Of a DNA stretch of 64,000 nt, positions 48,691 to 58,458 are shown piece after piece. The notes under the pieces were generated by a model. It was given only the letters and a program-made list of their open reading frames with translations, was not told where the DNA came from and ran no database searches. Location of the stretch: the NCBI GenBank assembly GCA_965247115.1, contig CBDFGR010000002.1:1248001-1312000 (forward strand), written 5' to 3'. Both the position numbers and the translations under genes were made by a program. The first letter of the stretch is position 1. Every line of letters starts with the position of its first letter. This DNA comes from Myxococcota bacterium (GTDB lineage: Bacteria; Myxococcota_A; UBA9160; SZUA-336).

Positions 48691-48830
48691 ATGCCGAAGC
48701 CCATCACCCGGCGAGATTTCCTCAACGGGGCCGCGCTCACCGTAGCGGCCGGAGCAACGCTCTCCCCGCAAGAGCTGTTGGCACTCGAGGCAGAGGTGAT
48801 CTCTGGTCGATCACCCACATACCCACAGGC
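48691..48830 (+). pseudogene. N-terminal Tat-signal remnant resembling spermidine dehydrogenase-like flavoproteins
   Basis: ITRRDFLNGAALTVAAG; truncated after ~45 codons. Confidence 0.5.
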
Positions 48831-49405
48831 CACTACTGTGCGAAGGTGGACACGCTCCGCGACGGCAGGGAGTTCGCACGAAGGTTGAGGAAGTTGGACT
48901 GGGAATTTCCGGAGTCCTCGGTCCTCGAAGATGAAGGCCCTCGGTGAACCCGTCCGGAAGGTACTTGGCGACTTGCGCGCAGCGCGAAACGGCCCCGAGA
49001 TCCGCCGACGACGACCGCATCCCAACACCGTCGGTCAGGAGGAGTGATGGCCCGCTGCTACGCCCAGGATCTGGAAGCCTCGAAAATCTGCTTGAGGCAA
49101 CCGACCCTCGCCTGTGGAACCAATCCCACCTTGAGCGACTCGGGGACTTTCTCACGGCAGGTCGCGTCTATTGTTACCACCCCATCGGGGGGGGGAGCAC
49201 GCGCACACGAACAGGACGAGGGCTCTCAGGAGGAGGTTGGTCAGCTGCATCAAATACGTATCTAACGGGCAAGCGGAGGCGCACTGCCGATGTTCAGCAC
49301 ACCGACGCAGAACAGGAGCGTCGAGTCCCGCCTAAATGGTCCCCAAACGACGGCTAGCAAGGTCTGTGAGGGGTCCCCGCGCTGAAGGTAGCAGGGCTCG
49401 CAGCG

Positions 49406-51994
49406 TCAGTCCTCGTCGATCTCGATGGAGAGGTCACCGTCCGGGCTTGCGTTCGGTGGAGTTCGCTGTGTCTCGCGGTAGAGCTCGGTCTCCACGCTGC
49501 GCTCGCGCAGCCGTTCGCGGAACTCCTCGAGCGTAGCCTCGTGCTCCGCAGTCTCGAGCGCGTCGGGCATGTAGTGCAGCGTGACCTGCTGGATGATCGG
49601 TTCGCGGTCCTGGATCGTGGCAAGGACCTCAATCTCGTTACGGCCGTCCTGAAGCTCCAGAAAACCGTCAAACGAGCCATCCGGAAACACGCGCACGGCC
49701 CGCGCGGCGGTCTGGTTCGTCTGGTTGCGAATCTCTACGGCTTCTAAGCCGCTAAGTCGGACCTCGGCGAGCCTGGCCACGATGTCTCCGGGATCCTCGA
49801 GGGAAACGTAGGAGCCCAGGCTCACCTCCGCGATCTCGCGATAGGTTTCGGCGGTGCGAAGCGGCCCGAGGGCGAACGCGTGGATCCGGATCCCGTACTC
49901 CCCGTAGAAGCGTGCGACTCGAAGCGCGTCCCTACTCGCTGCGGGCACACTAGGAGCTGTGGGGCGGCCGTCGGACAAGAGCAGCACGCTGCGTTTGCGT
50001 CGAGCATCGGGATCGGCGTGATCGACGAGCTCCTGGAGGCTTACCGCGAGCGCGATCGCATGGCTCGTCCCCGTCGGATCGAACTTGATCTCGTAGGCGT
50101 CCAGGGCCGCGAGGACCGCCGAGGGGGGACCAAGCGGGACCAGCACGCGTGCGCTGGCGGTGAATGTTACGAGCGCGACCCGCGTGGTGCGAGGGTCGAG
50201 CCGCCCGACCAGCCTGTATGCCGCTGCGAGTTCTGCCTCGATGATCGAGTCATTGGATCCATCCCCGTCTATGTCGCGGTGCAGCTTCGTCAGCGTGCTG
50301 TTGGACTCGTCGAGCGCGATCACGACGTCGTGAAGCGTGGTCTCGAACAGGCCGGCGCTCCCGAACAACTCGGTGAGGGGGAGCGGCCCCGTGATCACCT
50401 GTCCCTCTTCAGGGGTTTCGAGCTCCAGCCGCGCCGTCAGGTGGCGTGTAGAGCGTCCACCTTGAGTCGCGATTCCGGAATCTCGGATCAGCCGCTCGAT
50501 GCGGCTCTGATCCACCTCTCTCAGTGCTTCGTCGTGTGGCTGCGAGTTCACGCGTCGCAGCAGATCGCGAGCCTCCGCCGTCCTGTCGGCTTTCAGGTAG
50601 AGCTCCGCGAGCTCCAGGTTGAGCGGCGAGTAGCCGGGTGCGCGTGCCCGAGCGGCTTCGAGTGAGCGGATCGCCGCGCCCGGGTCACGTTGACCCTGGA
50701 TTCGGGCCAAGCCAACGTGCGAAGCCGCCTGGGTCGGGTCTAAGTCCAGGCTCGTCTCGTAGTGGGATCGCGCGCTATCGATGAGCTGCGACCTCGCCGA
50801 CCGAGATCCGGCCGAGCTCGCGGAAGCGCGTGCGAGCAGCGCATCTCCCGCGAGCCTGTGCACCTCCGGGTCGGCGGACCGTAGCTCGAGCGCCCGGTTG
50901 ACCAGCGCGCCGGCCTTCACGGGGTCGGTGCTGACGAGGAGCCGCCCGAGAGTTGCGCAAGCCTTTGCGTGATCCGGGTCTGCCTCCAGCGCGGACTCAA
51001 GCAGCTGCTGCGCGGTGCTCAGATGCCGCTGGCTGCTGTGCAATGCGAGGTCGGCGAGAAGATACAGCTGCTCGGGCTTATCGAGCGGGGCGAGCTCAAC
51101 CCACCCGTCTGAACTCGTGTCCTCCAAGGGGAACGGTACGATGGGGATCTTTCCGGTCCGAATGTACTGAACGAGCTCGCGCTCGAGCTCCTCGACATCC
51201 GAGCCAAACGCCGACTCGACAGCCTGTTCCGGATCCTCCCCTCTGTGGACCGCCCGGAGGTAGTCCGCCAGGCCCTCATGCCATTGTCGATACCCCTGGA
51301 GGTGCCCGTGGTGGAGAAAGTGCGTGAGAGCCCACGACTGCGCGTAGAACATGGCGAGTGCGCGATCCGACCAGCTGAGGATGTCCGTCGCGCTCAGCAT
51401 TCGGCGTAGACCGAGGAGGTTTCCGTAGACCAGCCAGTCGGCGCGGCCGTGAGGGACATCGCCGAGGTGCACACGGCGTTCGGCGACCCTGACAGAGCTG
51501 AGAAACTCTGCGAAGCCCTCGTCATACCAGGCCGGATAGGACACGTTCGACGCGTTCCGGAGCACGAAGTGGACGTACTCGTGGAACGCGATCGGGATCG
51601 CTCGCTTTTCTTCGCTGGCGTTGACCGTGAGGAAGTTGCGGTGCAGCCCGGGGACCATGAACCCCTCGACGTTGGAGCGCGGCCTGAACCTGGCAAAGGT
51701 GCGAGCGTCTCCAAAGAGGTACACCGTGGTCGGTAGCGTCGGCTGGATGTCCTCGAGCTCCGTTACGCTGATCACGATTTGGCGGAACCGTTCCAGTTCC
51801 CGCGTGATCGCGCGGGTTGTCTCTGCGTCCGCGCTGCTGATGCCTTGGAAGTGCTCAGAGCGCAACCGGATCCAGTGCTGATCCGTCACCGGTGTGGCGC
51901 AGGCTCCCAGTCCCCCGAAGAGGGCCGTCGTCAGCAGCAGCGCTCTGACGAACCCTATGATGGCTCCGACGTTGTCTTGGGGCGCGGGGGGCAT
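49406..51994 (-). CDS. Probable lipoprotein: gluzincin/DUF1570-like HExxH domain + TPR repeats + VWA domain
   Basis: Lipobox-like GLGAC, FHEYVH...WYDEGFAEF, TPR helices, MIDAS DESNS...T...SDG. Confidence 0.75.
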   Translation of the reverse strand: MPPAPQDNVGAIIGFVRALLLTTALFGGLGACATPVTDQHWIRLRSEHFQGISSADAETTRAITRELERFRQIVISVTELEDIQPTLPTTVYLFGDARTFARFRPRSNVEGFMVPGLHRNFLTVNASEEKRAIPIAFHEYVHFVLRNASNVSYPAWYDEGFAEFLSSVRVAERRVHLGDVPHGRADWLVYGNLLGLRRMLSATDILSWSDRALAMFYAQSWALTHFLHHGHLQGYRQWHEGLADYLRAVHRGEDPEQAVESAFGSDVEELERELVQYIRTGKIPIVPFPLEDTSSDGWVELAPLDKPEQLYLLADLALHSSQRHLSTAQQLLESALEADPDHAKACATLGRLLVSTDPVKAGALVNRALELRSADPEVHRLAGDALLARASASSAGSRSARSQLIDSARSHYETSLDLDPTQAASHVGLARIQGQRDPGAAIRSLEAARARAPGYSPLNLELAELYLKADRTAEARDLLRRVNSQPHDEALREVDQSRIERLIRDSGIATQGGRSTRHLTARLELETPEEGQVITGPLPLTELFGSAGLFETTLHDVVIALDESNSTLTKLHRDIDGDGSNDSIIEAELAAAYRLVGRLDPRTTRVALVTFTASARVLVPLGPPSAVLAALDAYEIKFDPTGTSHAIALAVSLQELVDHADPDARRKRSVLLLSDGRPTAPSVPAASRDALRVARFYGEYGIRIHAFALGPLRTAETYREIAEVSLGSYVSLEDPGDIVARLAEVRLSGLEAVEIRNQTNQTAARAVRVFPDGSFDGFLELQDGRNEIEVLATIQDREPIIQQVTLHYMPDALETAEHEATLEEFRERLRERSVETELYRETQRTPPNASPDGDLSIEIDED

Positions 51995-52270
51995 CCTCTG
52001 CTCACCCTACCACGGTGGGACTACCGAGCGGGCTCAGGCGCTTTCTCACTAGGCGACCGATAGCCCGCGACGCCCGCCGGCGGCGCCCTCCAATTCCGGT
52101 TTGTGGCTGACACCCTGCATCTTGACGAGCGCCCGCCAGTGGTTCGCCGCGAAGACCCGTCGTGTTTCGGTCAGATACGCGCAGGCAAGGAATTTCATCC
52201 GACATGATGCTCTTCGCCGCCGCCTTCAGGGCCGTGCCTGCCAGCGGATCGTCGCCGGCCATCTGTATGG

Positions 52271-52609
52271 ATGCTTCAATTGCAATTGCGAGGTTGGAGA
52301 GATCCGTTTACACACGAGCGAGTTGCTGATGCATGGGGTGATCTCCCTCCGGAGGTTCTCGATCACGAACCAGATACGAGATGGAACTCTTTGACCAATG
52401 CAGATGATGTTGGAGACCATATCCAGAATCAGAGGCTTCCTGGCGGTTATCATTTGACAGTTGATAAAGGTGATTCATCGGTGCGCGTCCACCATGATAT
52501 TTATGATCCGACCTTAGATCCGTGGTCGGCCCTATGGCACGGGATTGAGTACTTATTTCGCGATCGGTCGCGTTCGATTCGTGGCAACAATTATCCCGAC
52601 TGGGAATGA
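52271..52609 (+). CDS. Orphan polymorphic-toxin C-terminal cassette (putative)
   Basis: VHHDIYDP...WHGIEYL, low GC, abuts a lipoprotein gene; probably lacks a true start. Confidence 0.45.
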   Translation: MLQLQLRGWRDPFTHERVADAWGDLPPEVLDHEPDTRWNSLTNADDVGDHIQNQRLPGGYHLTVDKGDSSVRVHHDIYDPTLDPWSALWHGIEYLFRDRSRSIRGNNYPDWE

Positions 52610-53131
52610 ATGGCTGTGCGGATCAAACATTACGTCAGTTTACTCTTGAGAGCGGCATTGCTCTTCCTCGTCATTCAAGTTGTGGGATGTGATCGGGGAA
52701 TCATCACTGAGCTGTTAGTTGAGCAAGATGAACTAGCGAAGCCTGTCCTGATTCTCTCGGTCCCACCTGACGGGTCGAGCGCATTTCGCAAGTCGTTTTC
52801 TGTGAAATACCGAGGACTGTATGTAGTAAAGTGGTTTACGACTCTCAAGAACAAAGACGTTAAGCTATATGAGCTTCCTGACAAGACCAGGACCTTAGTA
52901 GCCGAGTTCAGAATTTATGGAAACGACAATGTCGAAATAGAGAAACACGACTTCACAGTTGACTTCCCAACCACAGTTACAGGTACAAGTCTTTTCTCAC
53001 TTGCTTCTCCTAGACAACTTCCGCTCAACCAAAATCTAATATTTGAAGTCTCAGTGTCCATAGCTGGTGGTTCAGAGCTATACGACTCGGTTACTTTTGT
53101 GATAAGGAGGTGGACATATTTGTATCACTGA
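52610..53131 (+). CDS. Low-GC lipoprotein, putative immunity protein
   Basis: Lipobox VVGC; starts directly after the toxin-like stop. Confidence 0.55.
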   Translation: MAVRIKHYVSLLLRAALLFLVIQVVGCDRGIITELLVEQDELAKPVLILSVPPDGSSAFRKSFSVKYRGLYVVKWFTTLKNKDVKLYELPDKTRTLVAEFRIYGNDNVEIEKHDFTVDFPTTVTGTSLFSLASPRQLPLNQNLIFEVSVSIAGGSELYDSVTFVIRRWTYLYH

Positions 53132-53184
53132 GATGTCCGCTTAGTGCGCCTGCTTGCCGGCCAAAATGTTCGCGTTGTACGCAC

Positions 53185-53508
53185 TGTAGGCCGTGAGCCG
53201 AGTTTGGACAGATGGGGTCGATGATCTAAGAGAGGGTTCCGGGCTCTGAGGGGAGAAGGAATCCATGGCCAAGAAGGAATCGGCAGAGAAGGCGGGCCGA
53301 GACATCCGACGGAAGACACGACGGCGGTTCTCGGCGGAAGAGAAGATCCGGATCGTGATCGAGGGCCTGAGGGGCGAGGAGAGCATCGCCTCATTGTGCC
53401 GCCGCGAAGGCATCGTGGCGAACCTCTACACCCGCTGGAGCAAGGAGTTTCTGGAGGCGGGCAAGAAGCGCCTGCTGGGAGATACGCAGCGAGAGGCGAG
53501 CTCGAGTG
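53185..53508 (+). mobile_element. IS3-family left end and truncated orfA
   Basis: RRRFSAEEKIRIVIEGLRGE.SIA.LCRREGI...LY.RWSKEFLEAGKKRL; cut off by the toxin duplicate. Confidence 0.8.
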
Positions 53509-53763
53509 ATGGCACCTGGCGAATATAAGCCGACTACAGCGTCAGGCATCGCGCTGATCGGGCACGAGGTACTTCACGCACAGCAGTATCAAGAGCTTGG
53601 GAACTTCCGGTTTAGAGTCCGCTACCTGAGAGAATATCTGGGAGGCCGGCTGGGTGGGTTGAGCCCCGATGAGGCCTACGAGAAAATCTCCTTAGAGCAG
53701 GATGCGTCTGCGTTAGAAGATCGAATACAGCCCGATCTCGTAGAACAGGGTTATCCCCGATGA
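53506..53763 (+). pseudogene. Orphan HExxH (DUF4157-like) toxin tip, 5'-truncated copy
   Basis: ALIGHEVLHAQQY; paralog of the Rhs tip at 58210-58458. Confidence 0.7.
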
Positions 53764-54287
53764 ACACCTGCAAGCAAGCGTCGCTCTCTCTACTCGCTGT
53801 TGTGCTGCTATTGGTCCTGGGGCTTAGCGTCTGCGATCCCGTGCCATGGGTTCGGTGGTTGGTCGCCCGCAGCTGCTCCGACGTCGAGAAGGAGTTTTTC
53901 CGCAAATCGGGTCCCGAACGACGGCGTTTGATCCTCGACTACCCGCTCGAGCAGCAGGTTAATCTCTATCTAAAGTCGTTTCATTGCAGACATCCGGGGG
54001 ACTTGAGCCTGTCGGGCGTAGTGGCCAGCAACGGAGCAGACATTGTTCCCATTCTGAGAGATCGCATTATAGAAATTGACAGCGAGCATCACAAAAGTGT
54101 CCTAGTCGGTATCTTCTTCGATATGCAGTTTTCTGGCTACTATCCGGTTGCTTCGGACACTGAAACCATGAACTTCTTAGAGCAGCAAGCAGCATTAATG
54201 GAAGATACCGTGTGGAGGGAACTAACCGTTAGGGATATTATGCTGATTAAGAAGAAAGGCGGGTTGAGGCCAAGCGAAGTCGCACAG
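53512..54287 (+). repeat. 776-bp diverged duplicate of 58210-58985 (toxin tip + partner gene)
   Basis: Colinear without indels; constant offset 4698. Confidence 0.93.
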
Positions 54288-54290
54288 TGA
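53760..54290 (+). CDS. Membrane-anchored putative immunity protein (copy A)
   Basis: N-terminal hydrophobic segment; ATGA overlap with the toxin tip; paralog of 58458-59030. Confidence 0.65.
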   Translation: MNTCKQASLSLLAVVLLLVLGLSVCDPVPWVRWLVARSCSDVEKEFFRKSGPERRRLILDYPLEQQVNLYLKSFHCRHPGDLSLSGVVASNGADIVPILRDRIIEIDSEHHKSVLVGIFFDMQFSGYYPVASDTETMNFLEQQAALMEDTVWRELTVRDIMLIKKKGGLRPSEVAQ

Positions 54291-54654
54291 GGCAATCGTT
54301 CCCACAATCGTCTCGCTCGTTCCCGCGATTCGGTGCTTAGTTGACACCCTGCGGCGGTTTGTGTTCACACCCGACGCAGCGGCCTGCGGATCTCGCTGGG
54401 GCTGCGCGGACGTGCGCTCGGTCTGCCTCCGGTTGCGAATAATCGCGCGGAATCATAGCCCTGTCGTGCCGGAAGCAGAGCGACCATTTTGGTCGCTCTT
54501 CTGAACCCCCGGATATTGCGATGCTTTCTTCTCGGCCGCGCGTTCGTTCGCGGTTGCAAACGGGGTAGCCACGGGGGCGTTCGGGAGGCTGTTCCCAAAC
54601 GGCGCCGATTCCGCACTTGGCGCACAAGAGGCGGAAGGCTGGGTAGCGCTTATT

Positions 54655-55035
54655 GTGAGAGTGTTGACCACTTGGCACTACGAGGGTCGCAGGGCAAGAA
54701 ACTCAAACTTACCACCGACTGCAAACGAGGCTGAAGCTGCGGGATGGGAGAAGAGGCCACCAGACCAAACGAGTTTTCACGATGACGGCCCCCGCGAAGT
54801 AAAATACATCCATCGGGATGGGCGAGAGGCTGTATATAGGAACGGCGCCTTGGTTACAGATCCGCGCATTGCCGGTACTTATAACTACATAAACCCGGGC
54901 ATGCCTCAGAGTCCATACGACGTTTGGGGTTGGGGGAAATATGCAGTTAGAGGTGCGGCCCATGTAGTCGTTGATGTGCTCCCATATTTTATTGGAGGTA
55001 ATACCCGAAGCGGAGATCTACAACAATGCTGTTAA
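54655..55035 (+). CDS. Orphan polymorphic-toxin C-terminal cassette (putative)
   Basis: DGREAVY..G.LVT....GTYNY..P......H...DVLPY...GN pattern; overlaps the downstream lipoprotein gene. Confidence 0.5.
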   Translation: MRVLTTWHYEGRRARNSNLPPTANEAEAAGWEKRPPDQTSFHDDGPREVKYIHRDGREAVYRNGALVTDPRIAGTYNYINPGMPQSPYDVWGWGKYAVRGAAHVVVDVLPYFIGGNTRSGDLQQCC

Positions 55036-55547
55036 GAATGCTGTCGCTAATATTGGTGTCGTTAGGTTTGTTCGGATGCTTGCCGACGTACATTGTTTCA
55101 AATGAATTATCTAACAAATACGATGAGAGTAGATACAATGAGAGCAGAGCGTTCTTTAGCGAGGACTATTCATCACTGAAAGACAATGATGTACTTTTCT
55201 ATATCTACACTGGCTATTACCACAAAAAAGAGAAAAAACTCATTGTATTCTTGGAGTACGATTTTTTGGACGAAGTAGATACCTTCTTGACTAGAGCTGA
55301 CCTGCTTGCAAATGACCAACTGTTTACAAGTGCCAGTACTGGAGACAGCTATTCAGAGACGCCAACAAAGTTTGATGACTATGTCTTGTACCATGGCAGC
55401 GCACGGCTAGCGTTCGATGTTCAGGATATTGATGATCTTCTGGGTAATGACTTGTCAATAGAAATGGGATTTCGTTATAGAGAAATAGACAGTTCCATAC
55501 GTATTGACATCGATATTGATCTGATGTTTCTTATGCCAACCACTTGA
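55026..55547 (+). CDS. Low-GC lipoprotein, putative immunity protein
   Basis: Lipobox LFGC; strongly AT-rich relative to the host. Confidence 0.6.
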   Translation: MLLRMLSLILVSLGLFGCLPTYIVSNELSNKYDESRYNESRAFFSEDYSSLKDNDVLFYIYTGYYHKKEKKLIVFLEYDFLDEVDTFLTRADLLANDQLFTSASTGDSYSETPTKFDDYVLYHGSARLAFDVQDIDDLLGNDLSIEMGFRYREIDSSIRIDIDIDLMFLMPTT

Positions 55548-55683
55548 GGTGTCCTCGTAGCCCGATCGATTCATCCTGTACTGAATCACCCCGAGATTCC
55601 CGGGAGTCTCGAGCCAGCCGCAAGACGGTCCGCGTCATCGCGCTCACGGCGAGAGTGGCCGAGCGCCAAGCGGATCGCTCGCC

Positions 55684-56058
55684 TCATCCCGACAGGTCGA
55701 GCTGGAGCTCGCGCGGATGGGGCAACTCGCCAACCTTCCAGCCCTGAACGTGGAGCCGGGTAGGCTCGTAGTGCTCGCCGACGTAGGTGTGGTACTCAGG
55801 CCGCTCGCGTTCCGTACGCTCCACGGCCATCTGCCGTCCCTCGGGTGTGTCGAAGACGATATCGATCGCCTCCCCCCACCCGGACCCGAACTGGTGCTTG
55901 CTCTTCTCGTGGCCGCCCACAAGCGCGTTCCGCTTCTCGGTGCGGCAGCCACCCGTGACCGATCCGCCATACCAGCAGCAGAGCTGCCAGCACCAGAGCA
56001 CGAACTCGCCCACATCGACCCAATCGATCTGGTGCGGCTCCGAGAGAGGCAGGCTCAT
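55684..56058 (-). CDS. Peptidase M15-like phage protein (putative endolysin)
   Basis: R...RN..VGG...SKH......AID....LH Zn-ligand pattern; ATGA-coupled to the upstream gene. Confidence 0.6.
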   Translation of the reverse strand: MSLPLSEPHQIDWVDVGEFVLWCWQLCCWYGGSVTGGCRTEKRNALVGGHEKSKHQFGSGWGEAIDIVFDTPEGRQMAVERTERERPEYHTYVGEHYEPTRLHVQGWKVGELPHPRELQLDLSG

Positions 56059-57206
56059 GGCGCCAGCGAACGCATCCAGTCCGGCATCGTCCGGTCGTGC
56101 CGGCAGCGCAGGCCCGCTTCTGGGCCGCAGGTATCGTAGGCGCCGAAGTTCCCGCCCAAAAAGACCGCGCGGTGGTAGAGGAACCGGATCCAGCGCCAGC
56201 GCCACGGGAGCGATGTGCGGATGTTCTCCTTGAGCTCCCCATCGGCGTCGTTCTTGCGCTGCCACGTCATCGAGCCGGCCGGGTGACAGCGGGTGCAGTA
56301 CCTCCAGTCGTGGATCCGGCAGGCCCAGCGGAAGTCGAAGCCGAAGAGATCGTCCGGCGAGCTCGAGCAGCCGTCGTCCCGGAAGTGCTCCGGGATCTCT
56401 GCAAGCGTCCGCTTCGCCTCCTTCGGGATCGGCCGCTGCAGTCTGAAGGTCTGGCGGCTCGCGACGGCATCCGCCCCCACACCGGGGCCGTTGAAGACCC
56501 GGTCGGCGTTCCACTGCCCGACCCCGGCCGTCATGGCAATCGAGGTGCCCCGGATCCAGGTCGTGAAGTCACCGTTGTAGACCGCGTTCTCCGCGATATT
56601 GATCCCGAGCGTGTCCCTAGCTACCGCCAGGCTCGCGTCGTCGAGCAGCGTCGCGCCGTAGGCCGACACAACACCCGTGTAGTCGGCCAGACCGCCCGCG
56701 AGGATCGCGGCAGCGACGTGCTGCTTCGTGGTGAGGTCCGTATCGTTGACGGGGTCCACGGCACCCGTCGCCCGGTTCCCGTTGAAGTCGTAGCGGCCAG
56801 AGCCGTCGGTGTCCCCCTCGATCAGGCTGGGGGCGCGCTCCACAAGCTCGCGCGTCCGCTTCTGCTGAAGGGTCACGCGGTCGAGCGCGTCCTCGTGGCT
56901 TGCCGCGGGGAAGGGATCTCCAGAGACGTAGTCCGTGAGTTGCGTCAGATCCGGATCGATGTAGATGACGAGGGTCTGCCCCGTAGGCGGGGCCGTAATC
57001 ATCGTTAGCGTGCCGCCTGCATCGAGTCCCGCTCCCGTAAGCGTATAGTTCGTGGTGATGACCTGGACGACATCCGTCCCGAGAGCGTCATCGTGGAGAA
57101 GAGCCGCAATGTCCCCATTCGCGAGGAACTTGAAGGGAACCGCGAAGACCGTCGTGGAGCCGTTCCCGGCGTAGGTGACTCGGGTCTGTTCTGTGGAGAT
57201 TGTCAT
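56055..57206 (-). CDS. Phage tail-fibre N-terminal domain fused to a phospholipase A2/DUF1353-like domain
   Basis: YAGNGSTTVF..PF.F...TQ.TDY...DPFPA..HE.ALDR.T (T7-type tail-fibre adaptor) plus DGCS..PD......AC.IHD..Y...R..AD. Confidence 0.65.
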   Translation of the reverse strand: MTISTEQTRVTYAGNGSTTVFAVPFKFLANGDIAALLHDDALGTDVVQVITTNYTLTGAGLDAGGTLTMITAPPTGQTLVIYIDPDLTQLTDYVSGDPFPAASHEDALDRVTLQQKRTRELVERAPSLIEGDTDGSGRYDFNGNRATGAVDPVNDTDLTTKQHVAAAILAGGLADYTGVVSAYGATLLDDASLAVARDTLGINIAENAVYNGDFTTWIRGTSIAMTAGVGQWNADRVFNGPGVGADAVASRQTFRLQRPIPKEAKRTLAEIPEHFRDDGCSSSPDDLFGFDFRWACRIHDWRYCTRCHPAGSMTWQRKNDADGELKENIRTSLPWRWRWIRFLYHRAVFLGGNFGAYDTCGPEAGLRCRHDRTMPDWMRSLAP

Positions 57207-57215
57207 GCCTGCTCC

Positions 57216-57445
57216 TTACAGAAGAGACGCGCCGAAGCCCGCCGCCCTTGTGGTCCCAGAGAGCAGCGATGCTGCGGCCCTGTTTCGGCCAATCTTCTTC
57301 GCACTCTTTGCGCGCTGCCTCTCAAGGAACGCTGTGTTCCTCGCCTCGATCCCCGCATTCGTTGCGTCGAGCTCGAGTTCTGCGGCGTTCTCCGCATCGG
57401 GAGAGGACGCCTGGGAGGACGCGGCGCTGGCGATTGCCGGGGTCC
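57216..57445 (-). pseudogene. 3' remnant of a phage internal-virion-like gene
   Basis: Ala/Gly-rich helical C-terminus immediately upstream of the tail-fibre gene; cut by the Rhs fragment. Confidence 0.35.
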
Positions 57446-58458
57446 AGACCCCACGCGGGTTCACCGACCACGAGCATCTGGACGACTTCGCGCTCGTCCA
57501 CATGAACGGCCGGATCTACGACCCGGTGCTGGGCCGGTTCCTGAGCGCGGATCCGTTCATCCAATTCCCCGAGTCGACCCAGGGCTTAAACCGCTATAGC
57601 TACACACACAACAATCCGCTGTCCTTCACCGACCCCTCGGGCTACGTCTTCAGGTTTCCTTTGCCCGTATGGCTTACTTTCGAGACCGTGTCCCTAAACA
57701 TCCGGAGGGAGATCTTCCTCAGCGACCTAGCCCACTCCATTGCCAATCTCCTCGGTCGCGTGTTCCGGCGTGCGGATACCGAAAGCCCCGCCAACGTGTT
57801 CCACCCCGCCGATCCGATCGAGACGCCTCCCCAGGGCGCGGGTGGGGAGGTCGGCTCGGAGCACGGCCGCGACCGCTTCAGGCAGGAAAGTGTCGCCGAC
57901 TCGGTAACTCGCCGATTTATGGCAGCGGAGGGCCGAATCGTCCGCGACGCTGTCGTCGGAGCCATCGCTTCCACCCTCGGAGGCCAAAAGTTCGCTAACG
58001 GCGCAGTCACCGCCGCATTCGGAAGGCTGTTCGCAAACGGTGCAGCCACCGAGGGTCAGGGATTTCCCTTACCGCGCGAAGTCATTGATGCTCTCGATCC
58101 TTACTTCGAGAATTTCGACCTCCACGACATTCTTGTCCGAATGGGCATACCGCGGTATGTCCGCGGTGACCGAATCGTAGCCTATACGGACAAAAACAAT
58201 ATCTTCTTCGCACCTGGCAAATATAAGCCGACTACAGCGTCAGGCATCGCGCTGATCGGGCACGAGGTACGTCACGCACAGCAGTATCAAGAGCTTGGGA
58301 ACTTCCGGTTTAGAGTCCGCTACCTGAGAGAATATCTGGGAGGCCGGCTGAGTGGGTTGAGCCACGAGGAAGCCTACAAGAACATCTCCTTTGAGCAGGC
58401 TGCGTCTGCGTTAGAAGATCGAATAAAGCTCGATCTCGAAGAACAGGGTTATCCCTGA
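57446..58458 (+). pseudogene. Rhs core C-terminal fragment with a DUF4157-like HExxH tip
   Basis: RGFTDHE.LD...L.HMNGR.YDP.LGRFLSADP, NRYSY..NNPL...DPSG, FANGA.TAAF, LIGHEVRHAQQY; 5' Rhs repeats missing. Confidence 0.85.

Noticed and set aside
48830..49400. Short ORFs between the Tat stump and the VWA gene
   Set aside because: No motifs or credible starts; probably debris
52108..54352. 11-bp repeat TGACACCCTGC at 52108 and 54342 as cassette boundaries
   Set aside because: Too short, only two copies, and not at consistent positions relative to the cassettes
57175..57445. N-terminal 90 codons of the 427-aa Rhs ORF as genuine
   Set aside because: Antisense read-through of phage DNA; Rhs similarity starts only at ~57446
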